In this document: in pieces, positions 1-7,564 of the stretch | Position numbering within the stretch: position 1 is the stretch's first letter | Layout: the number at the start of each line of letters is the position of its first letter | Source of the DNA: Hydrurus foetidus | Lineage: Eukaryota | Length of the DNA stretch: 37,478 nucleotides | Reading direction: 5' to 3' | NCBI GenBank assembly: GCA_900617105.1 | Contig: UYFQ01000230.1 | Coordinates: 1-37,478, forward strand | Notes under the pieces: model-generated | Seen by the model: the letters and a program-made list of their open reading frames with translations, nothing else | Databases searched by the model: none | What the model was told of the DNA's origin: nothing | Position numbers and translations under genes: made by a program

Positions 1-66
1 CTCGGAGCCACAGCGACAACTTTATTTTCGGACAATTTGGAGGCTCAGGATGCAGAGACAAGATTT
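1..66 (+). CDS. gag: 5' fragment of Copia-1 gag, upstream of the Gypsy insertion (partial)
   Basis: Frame LGATATTLFSDNLEAQDAETRF is open and joins in frame to SFADVARLIDIM at 7565 when 67-7564 is removed. Confidence 0.75.
63..66. repeat. Target site duplication ATTT (left copy)
   Basis: ATTT at 63-66 and at 7561-7564 flank the two LTRs. Confidence 0.8.
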
Positions 67-375
67 TGTTATAGTTTCCACTATGTATATATAACACGTA
101 CGTACGCACGTTGCTCACAACCACAAGTTTTTCATTCCAGTTTTCTGTTTCTGATTCTTAGATTGCTTCAACTCGTGATGCACTCGTTGCCTGTCAATCT
201 CACTCACTTTTCATCGCTTTAAAACTTTAACTGAAACACCTATACCGATACGGCTTCTCTTAGCCATCTCCGCTATTCTGGACTGACTTTCTTGTCAGCT
301 AGAAGATCTTCGTCTCCTGCTTTCTTGCAGAACGAATCACCGCTTTTAGTCACTTCACGACGTGCAACCGGCATA
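67..375 (+). repeat. 5' LTR of Gypsy element (309 bp, TG...TA)
   Basis: Identical by inspection to 7252-7560; starts TGTTATAG, ends GGCATA. Confidence 0.95.
86..94 (+). promoter_or_regulatory. Possible TATA box in LTR (TATATATAA)
   Basis: Motif match only; unusually close to the LTR start. Confidence 0.3.
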
Positions 376-632
376 AAAGTACTTTTCTCGTTCACGCACT
401 TCGCGCAATCGAAAGACGTTTTCCTCGGAAAGTTATTCAGTATCTTATCTCGTAGAGGCCTCGATCAGTTTGCACAATTACTCTACTCTGAGAAGATTCG
501 GACATAAAGCTACGCAAGCTCTGAAAAAGCAAGAGTCAAGAAGTTTTTGTGTAAGTCTTTGTTTCCAATCTGAAACTTCCGTCTACAGCCGATCTACAAA
601 TTCTCTTCTCCTATACTCTGGCTAGAAATTCC

Positions 633-2288
633 ATGTCGCTAGAGGATTCTACCAACTCTAAGGAGAACAACCCAGCAGTGGATAGTCAACTAGACATGAT
701 GCTCATGTTCAAACAGTTCATGAAGTCAAGCCAAGAAGACAGAATCCGCAACTCAAATGAGTTTACAGAGCTCCGATCAGCGATAGCCTTGATATCCAGA
801 GGATCCCCGCAGATTTCACTCGATTCACCGATTCCAGATCGAGCCAATGCCAATAGAAGATCTTCAATGTTCTTCGGCAGTCCGTTACCAAAGGAACGCG
901 AATCGACGACGAAAACGCAAATACAAGTACTGCAAGCTGACATCATCTACGATAAAGAATTGAAAGTCAGCTCACTGGAAGGACTGCAGTATCTTGCAAA
1001 GCAGCTACAACTCTTTACCTCCAAGTATCCTGGTCGCGAAGTCAGGACTGCACATATGGTTGCCTTCTCGCTGCGCCCTCACGTTATTGCTTCATGGAAC
1101 TCTTACTGCTTCAAGGAATCTCAAATCGCGGGATTGGAAGTAAAAGAAATTATGGTTGAGGACTGGTTATCCCTATCCAATGGTCAAGTTCAAGAAATCC
1201 TCGTTGAGTCAGCTCGACCTCGGACGCGAGAACTCTATTCTCGCGAGCTCGTACTCTTCCTTGGCAAAGGCATTCCCCAGACTCCGACAATCAACCCTGA
1301 AAACTTTTCGTCCACGTTCTATGCGCCTCTGATGAAATCCCTCAATGACCTCCTCCATCTCCACGATTTGCTATCTGAAGAGACAAGCAATCACAGCAAC
1401 AACAAATCCAAAATGCCTGTCCCTGGATATGGAACTCGTGATAGCCCTGGCCAGACTCAACTCTGGATCATATCACTCGGCAATCAGAAGGAAGCTGTTC
1501 TTCAATGGCTCGGCAAAGATGAGCTATCCAAGCACAAGGCCCTAGCTCCCGCAGTCAAGTTTATTCACTCTAAACTCATGGAAGGTCGTCTAAACAGCGA
1601 GGCTCGGCAAGACTTTGATTCCAAGCTCACACCCATTCGCTATGAAGACATCAGACATATGCAAGGAGAATCAAACACAAGGCAACAGACGAACTTCAGT
1701 TCGAAGCCACAGAGCAAGCAACAGAACAAGATACCTTTCTCAAGAAACCATCGTCCACTTGATCATTTCTCTGCCATTCATTCCGCTGCACCAGATTCTT
1801 CATATCGTACCAGCTGTGAAGACGACAACTACTTTGATTACAATGAAGATGGTGACAACACGATCTACGATGAAGACAACAACGACTTCACCGATGACCT
1901 CGAGTATTCAACCATCTACAAAACGCCGACAAACTTTCAACACGACAATGAGCTATCCGCACTAGAGAATCTATCTTCCCGCAGCGCAATTGCGAGTACA
2001 TTTCGCGGTTACTGTAGCGAGCTGTTCGTCTTTGGTTCTTGCCACCGTCGGGACTCAGGATGTACATTAGATCACACTTCATCTGGACAAGAGAAATGCA
2101 TACACTCCTTCAATCTACTCGCGAAGAGAGACCTGACTCAGCATGGACAACTTCCGGCATTCAGCAACGCTACCACACCAGAACGATCAGGATCATTTAA
2201 ACCATCGTTTCCTACCTCTCGCCAGGATAGCCGAATTCCGAAACCTTACGTATCCAATCAAGGCATGCGCTCACTCAAGAACAAGTAG
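633..2288 (+). CDS. gag: Gypsy Gag-like protein with CCCH-type zinc finger
   Basis: 551-aa ORF directly after the 5' LTR and leader; C-x8-C-x6-C-x3-H at 2013-2075; ends in TAG in frame with the protease. Confidence 0.85.
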   Translation: MSLEDSTNSKENNPAVDSQLDMMLMFKQFMKSSQEDRIRNSNEFTELRSAIALISRGSPQISLDSPIPDRANANRRSSMFFGSPLPKERESTTKTQIQVLQADIIYDKELKVSSLEGLQYLAKQLQLFTSKYPGREVRTAHMVAFSLRPHVIASWNSYCFKESQIAGLEVKEIMVEDWLSLSNGQVQEILVESARPRTRELYSRELVLFLGKGIPQTPTINPENFSSTFYAPLMKSLNDLLHLHDLLSEETSNHSNNKSKMPVPGYGTRDSPGQTQLWIISLGNQKEAVLQWLGKDELSKHKALAPAVKFIHSKLMEGRLNSEARQDFDSKLTPIRYEDIRHMQGESNTRQQTNFSSKPQSKQQNKIPFSRNHRPLDHFSAIHSAAPDSSYRTSCEDDNYFDYNEDGDNTIYDEDNNDFTDDLEYSTIYKTPTNFQHDNELSALENLSSRSAIASTFRGYCSELFVFGSCHRRDSGCTLDHTSSGQEKCIHSFNLLAKRDLTQHGQLPAFSNATTPERSGSFKPSFPTSRQDSRIPKPYVSNQGMRSLKNK

Positions 2289-2855
2289 GAGTTTGCAGGA
2301 CCTTCTCTCACTGCAATGCAAGGAGAAGATCATCCTGCCGACAACCCCAAAATATTTGACCCAGACAATACCATATCGACGGCTCTCATTGCTCAACTAG
2401 CGTCTGCAATCTCAGTTGATCCAAAAGACCTGTGCCACCCGTTTATTCGGCCAGGAACAATACGAAGTCCCGACGGATCCTCTACAATTATTTTCGATAA
2501 AGGTCTACTCGACACTGGCGCCCAAGGCAGCAACTTCATTTCAGAAGACCTGTACTCGCGTCTGCCGGCCATCATTACCAATTTATCGAGACCCATCGAT
2601 CGTGTTGTTCGACTAGGAGACGCACGACACCTCTTCATACAACTTGAGGTACCACTAAATGTCTCTATTACGGACTTCAATGGACAAGACCATGAACACA
2701 CTCTATGGTACAGCGTCCTTAAAGAACTTAGCCATGACATCATCATAGGACTTGTTGATCTCATCGGCCCTTTCTACACTCTGTTCGAAAACTCAGTTGC
2801 CACATCACGCCATACGCCAAGTCTCGTGATCTCGGTAGTCACCTATCCGCCTTGA
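2289..2855 (+). CDS. Retropepsin-type aspartic protease, in frame with gag after the UAG
   Basis: LLDTGAQGSNFIS active-site motif and downstream DIIIG motif; 2289-2315 is open in frame up to ATG 2316. Confidence 0.88.
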   Translation, partial: EFAGPSLTAMQGEDHPADNPKIFDPDNTISTALIAQLASAISVDPKDLCHPFIRPGTIRSPDGSSTIIFDKGLLDTGAQGSNFISEDLYSRLPAIITNLSRPIDRVVRLGDARHLFIQLEVPLNVSITDFNGQDHEHTLWYSVLKELSHDIIIGLVDLIGPFYTLFENSVATSRHTPSLVISVVTYPP

Positions 2856-5800
2856 CAACGACAATTATGACCTTAGCAACCAACGATCCAACTGACCATA
2901 TGATGCAGCAAACTTCTGAGGCAATCAAGTTGGAACACACTGTCTACAAGGATCGGAAACGTTCAATCCAATCCAGCGTGAATACAACTATTTCTCTCCT
3001 TGCTCTACAAGATGGCTCAACAGTTGAAACACTCCATCATCCTTTGCACGGCAACGTCTATGCTGACGAACGCATGGAAACAAGATACGACATCTTGACC
3101 TCACAATTATGCACCCCAACCCCAGGTCTTGTCATGACACCGTGGTCCAATCTGATTGATGCACTCGCTCCCGAGGAACTCGATACGCCTGACCCTACCA
3201 GTTTCCCGGATGACATACTCGGATATCTCGCTATGACTCCTGAAAGCACACGCGCAATTTACCGCGTCGATCTCGAGACCCATATCACAACTGAAATGCG
3301 AGAGGCTTGCCCGCATATAGTAGACCTACTGACATCAGAACTAGCATACGATGTGTTCGTACCGAGCACCTGGACTGGCATACGCATGGATCCATATCAT
3401 CTCGATACCAAACCCGGCCTTCCAGATCATATCAAAGCACATGCTCGACCAGTACGTGAAGCACTCTTTGAAGATGCTAGGACAGAATTCAATAGAATGC
3501 GGACATATTTCTACGAGAAGTCAACGTCACCAATTGCTTCGCCGCTAGTAATTGCTCCCAAAGCCACAGCCCCTTTCATTCGTATCTGTGGCGACTACCG
3601 TCCAATTAATCCTTACGTGAGCATCCCACAAGAACCGATCCCTCATGTGCAGCAATCACTCGCCAAAGCTGCTGGATGGAATGTATTCGTTGATCTAGAC
3701 ATGACCAACTCGTTCCATCAAATTCCAATCGACATTGCCAGCTCTAATCTCCTATCAGTATCTACACCGTGGGGCTTATTCAGACCAAAATTTTTGCCAG
3801 AGGGTGTCGGACCTGCGTCAGGCATACTGCAGTCAGTAGTACGCCGAGTATTTTCTGACTTCGAACAGTGGATCATCGTAATCTTCGACAACTTTCTGAT
3901 TCTGGCGTCCGACTATGCAGACGCTGCAGACAAGCTGGAGAAAGTGCTCATACGTTGTCAATTGCATCGGCTCGTACTCAAGATGAAAAAATCATGGATC
4001 GGCACCACTGTAGTCACATTCTTTGGCTACGAAGTGAGACCCGGATCTTGGAGTCTCTCCAACAGCCGTAAAGAGGCAATATCCAATATGATCTTCCCAG
4101 CAAACCAGAAGCAAATGCAAAGCTTCCTAGGTGCCGCCAACTTCTTTCACACTCATATCCCCAATTACGCACAGTGGGCATCGTGCTTGTATGAATGCAC
4201 TACAGCATCGTTTGATTGGAACCCCTCGACATGGACCAATGACTACAAAGATCTCTTCGCTATCTTCAAAACCGCGATAACAAATTCTGCAACACTCTAC
4301 TTCCCGGACTACTCTCTTCCATGGATCATTCGCTCAGATTCTTCGGATAACGCAGTCGGTGCAGTCCTGTTCCAGGAGTTCACGGACACGTCAAACAATA
4401 TTATTCATCAGCCAATAGCATTTGCATCACACAAGTACTCAGGCGCCGCCATCAATTGGGACACGTTCAAACAAGAGGCTTACGCTCTCTACTTTGCAGT
4501 GACACAGTTCTCATACTACTTACGTGGCAAACCGTTCGTCATCGAGACCGATCACCGCAACCTAGTTTGGATAGAATCGAGTTTAGTTCCTATTGTTATT
4601 CGCTGGCGAGTACTGTTGCAGAGCTACGTATTCGATATCAAACACATACCTGGCAAGCAGAAGATGGTCGCCGACTGGCTGTCGCGAATGCACCCTATAC
4701 CCGTTCCACTTCTCACAGCTATCACAGACTACCCACCTTTAAGCGAGATGTTCGCTGCTGTCCACGGCAATCGCTCCCTGCATCACGGTGCAAAGCGTAC
4801 GTATACTAAGTTGTGTTCCCGCTACCCTGGTCATGGCATTCCGATACGTGTTATACAAGACCTTGTATTTGAATGTCCAATATGTCAGAAGGATCGCATA
4901 CCTTTACAGCCCATCCCTCACGCTGAAGCACGGCAAACACTGATGCATCATGCTCGCACTATCGGAATGGATCACGTCACAGTGACACCCGCCGATGAGG
5001 ATGGCTATATCGGACTCCTGCTTGTAGTAGAATTTGACACGAAGTTCCCCCAAGCATATCCTGTCAGAGACTACGGTGCACTCACTGTCGCCACCGTGCT
5101 ATTCAAGCACTATTGTACGTTCGGTACATACAACGCTATCATATCTGATCCTAGCAGTGCCTTCACTGCAACAGTCGTGCAACATCTCAACACATGGTTC
5201 GGCATACCGCATCATATCTCTGTAGTTGGACGACATGAGTCAAACGGAACCGAACATGTCAATGCTCTATTCATCGGCCACCTCCGTCGACTCGTCCACG
5301 ATCAACGGATGACTAACCGCTGGGCCTCGGACACAATACTCCCCCTTATCAATCATGCCATGTCGACGATGCCAAATTCCGATGCCTATTCACCGCATGA
5401 TCTCAAATTTGGAACAGTCGATAAGCAGCACTTTCGGTTACCGACAGCTCTGCCTCCTGGAAATTCATACGCGGAATTCATCAATACATTGAATGAGAAT
5501 TTGTCAACAATACGTGCCATTACAAGCCAATATCAACTCGAACTACGTACCAGGCGACAACTTGAGAATCCCGCTGCCAGTCAAAACCTGTATCAAGCCG
5601 GTGATCTCATACTATGGAATCCGAGAGAACATTCGAAGTCCTTCAGGTCGTCAAAACTAGCTCCAAAATTACTGGGACCCTTCGTTGTGTTGACTCAGAA
5701 GAAGAACGATGTTACGTGTGAGCATATACAATCAAAAGAAATTCGTGTGTTTCACGCATCTCGCATCTCTCCCTACATTGGTTCACACACATCAGCAGCA

Positions 5801-6028
5801 GATGCTAGTCTACTGGATTCAGTGGAATATATTGTCGAGTCAATAACAGCACATCGAGGATCATGGACATCACTTACCTCACTCGAGTTCCTTGTACACT
5901 GGCTTGGATATCCAACCGAAGACGACACTTGGGAACCATACCGCAATCTTCGTCATCTTGATGCCCTCCACGAGTACCTGCGAAAAAATAATAAAGAGAG
6001 TCTAATACCAAATATCCACCGGAACTAG
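2852..6028 (+). CDS. pol: Pol: reverse transcriptase, RNase H, integrase, GPF motif and chromodomain (frameshifted relative to PR)
   Basis: RT: RICGDYRPIN, DLDMTNSFHQI, LPEG, IFDN, FFGY. RH: SDSS, EAYA, TDHRNL, ADWLSR. IN: H..H..CPIC, MDH, SDP, TEH. LLGPF. Chromodomain YIVESI...FLVHWLGY...TWEP. Confidence 0.95.
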   Translation: MTTTIMTLATNDPTDHMMQQTSEAIKLEHTVYKDRKRSIQSSVNTTISLLALQDGSTVETLHHPLHGNVYADERMETRYDILTSQLCTPTPGLVMTPWSNLIDALAPEELDTPDPTSFPDDILGYLAMTPESTRAIYRVDLETHITTEMREACPHIVDLLTSELAYDVFVPSTWTGIRMDPYHLDTKPGLPDHIKAHARPVREALFEDARTEFNRMRTYFYEKSTSPIASPLVIAPKATAPFIRICGDYRPINPYVSIPQEPIPHVQQSLAKAAGWNVFVDLDMTNSFHQIPIDIASSNLLSVSTPWGLFRPKFLPEGVGPASGILQSVVRRVFSDFEQWIIVIFDNFLILASDYADAADKLEKVLIRCQLHRLVLKMKKSWIGTTVVTFFGYEVRPGSWSLSNSRKEAISNMIFPANQKQMQSFLGAANFFHTHIPNYAQWASCLYECTTASFDWNPSTWTNDYKDLFAIFKTAITNSATLYFPDYSLPWIIRSDSSDNAVGAVLFQEFTDTSNNIIHQPIAFASHKYSGAAINWDTFKQEAYALYFAVTQFSYYLRGKPFVIETDHRNLVWIESSLVPIVIRWRVLLQSYVFDIKHIPGKQKMVADWLSRMHPIPVPLLTAITDYPPLSEMFAAVHGNRSLHHGAKRTYTKLCSRYPGHGIPIRVIQDLVFECPICQKDRIPLQPIPHAEARQTLMHHARTIGMDHVTVTPADEDGYIGLLLVVEFDTKFPQAYPVRDYGALTVATVLFKHYCTFGTYNAIISDPSSAFTATVVQHLNTWFGIPHHISVVGRHESNGTEHVNALFIGHLRRLVHDQRMTNRWASDTILPLINHAMSTMPNSDAYSPHDLKFGTVDKQHFRLPTALPPGNSYAEFINTLNENLSTIRAITSQYQLELRTRRQLENPAASQNLYQAGDLILWNPREHSKSFRSSKLAPKLLGPFVVLTQKKNDVTCEHIQSKEIRVFHASRISPYIGSHTSAADASLLDSVEYIVESITAHRGSWTSLTSLEFLVHWLGYPTEDDTWEPYRNLRHLDALHEYLRKNNKESLIPNIHRN

Positions 6029-6161
6029 TTTCTCCACGATGTATACTGATCGTGGCCAGGTATCACAAACTGCTGACCGCTCAATGTAACATGGTACGAG
6101 ACCACTATGTGAGGACGTCCTTAGAAAGTGGGTAACCCCTGCAAAAACAACTATTTAAAAA

Positions 6162-6842
6162 TTATTTCCCCAAAGGGATCGAACCCGAGGGGGGAGTCGA
6201 ACCCGGAGGTTGAGATGCCTTCTTCCACCCCTTCTTGTACAAATCAAAGAAGAAACAATACGTCAAATCAGCCATTTTATCTGCCAAGTTCTCCACAGTA
6301 AATTCAACACTACCAGCAGTACATGCATTGTCAAATAATCTCACTCCGTTTTCATCACTCCGTATACTGACTGCGTGATCATGCCTGCTGTACCCTGTCG
6401 CTTTCTTGCTATAAGTCTCCACTTTGTCCTCCACGCCTTCCGCTTTCCCTATCCTCTTTAACAAAGCTTTGTGTTCTGCGTTCTTCAATTTTGATTTGCC
6501 GAACAAAATGTATATACCCTTGTTCGCCAGCACTGTCTTGATCAATGATTTCACGCACCAGCACCTGTCTTTGTCCACTCTGCCAATCACCCTACGGAAC
6601 TCGAACTTCAACTTTCTGCCCATCTTCCTATTCTGTACACACACATGCTTCAAAAAATTCAACGCGTCATGCGATGATGCTCCGTAATGTAGTTTACTTG
6701 TGACATCGACAGCAATTGAATTCTTGTACACATCACCAGCATCACCACCCAATCGAATCCAATCCTGCTTTTCGCTCGACAATGGCAATACCATTGCTGC
6801 TGCCAGGCATAAGTTCTTTGATGGCCTGAAGTCGTCTGTCAT
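6162..6842 (-). CDS. Antisense accessory ORF (226 aa), putative papain-like (C39-like) cysteine peptidase fold
   Basis: Open ORF between pol and the 3' LTR; NLC(12)LAAA, GASSHD, GIYILFG, H(156)AVSI, LFD(171)N pattern. Function inferred from motifs only. Confidence 0.6.
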   Translation of the reverse strand: MTDDFRPSKNLCLAAAMVLPLSSEKQDWIRLGGDAGDVYKNSIAVDVTSKLHYGASSHDALNFLKHVCVQNRKMGRKLKFEFRRVIGRVDKDRCWCVKSLIKTVLANKGIYILFGKSKLKNAEHKALLKRIGKAEGVEDKVETYSKKATGYSRHDHAVSIRSDENGVRLFDNACTAGSVEFTVENLADKMADLTYCFFFDLYKKGWKKASQPPGSTPPSGSIPLGK

Positions 6843-7239
6843 GTTCTATACTTGTGTTGTGCTTGTCATGTAGTATATATCCTGCACCATCACACAGCCA
6901 TCAATTTATCAATGGTTATCACGGCGGCACCATCAATTTTAAAAAAATCTTTTAGAGCCACACATGCCGCCCCACACGACATGCGGAGACTCCGGTTTCG
7001 CTTTTCCAAGGACTCACCATGTGTACACAGTTTTGTGGTAGAGCGCCTATCCTTCCCACCACATTTTGGCGCGCCAAGAGGTCTGCGGTTCAAACCCAGC
7101 TTTTTCATCCACCTATCGTTTTCGCAATTACTGCACTATGTAGCTTCTTTAGCGGTACATTTCTTCATGCGAAGTCTCAGAGATGTAGCAGAGGACTTTG
7201 TATTCATTTATTTGACATCCACAATTTGACATTTCACAT

Positions 7240-7251
7240 GGAGAGGGGTGG
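7240..7251 (+). other. Polypurine tract (GGAGAGGGGTGG)
   Basis: Purine-rich tract immediately 5' of the 3' LTR. Confidence 0.88.
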
Positions 7252-7560
7252 TGTTATAGTTTCCACTATGTATATATAACACGTACGTACGCACGTTGCT
7301 CACAACCACAAGTTTTTCATTCCAGTTTTCTGTTTCTGATTCTTAGATTGCTTCAACTCGTGATGCACTCGTTGCCTGTCAATCTCACTCACTTTTCATC
7401 GCTTTAAAACTTTAACTGAAACACCTATACCGATACGGCTTCTCTTAGCCATCTCCGCTATTCTGGACTGACTTTCTTGTCAGCTAGAAGATCTTCGTCT
7501 CCTGCTTTCTTGCAGAACGAATCACCGCTTTTAGTCACTTCACGACGTGCAACCGGCATA
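7252..7560 (+). repeat. 3' LTR of Gypsy element
   Basis: Identical to 67-375; preceded by the PPT and followed by the ATTT TSD. Confidence 0.95.
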
Positions 7561-7564
7561 ATTT
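7561..7564. repeat. Target site duplication ATTT (right copy)
   Basis: Matches 63-66. Confidence 0.8.

Larger units (their letters stand above)
67..7560 (+). mobile_element. Full-length Ty3/Gypsy chromodomain-containing LTR retrotransposon (chromovirus-like)
   Basis: Two identical LTRs, TSD, PPT, and gag-PR-RT-RH-IN-chromodomain order. Confidence 0.96.

Noticed and set aside
37..507. ORFs 37-222 and 292-507
   Set aside because: They run through LTR/leader sequence; only 1-66 is plausibly coding, as Copia-1 gag.
6140..6260. Complete tRNA gene around the GTTCGA motifs
   Set aside because: No acceptor stem, D-arm or anticodon arm could be built; only T-loop/B-box-like motifs are present.
6852..7229. 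env-like third ORF on the plus strand of the Gypsy element
   Set aside because: Short (125 aa), TTG start, and no convincing signal peptide, fusion or transmembrane architecture.
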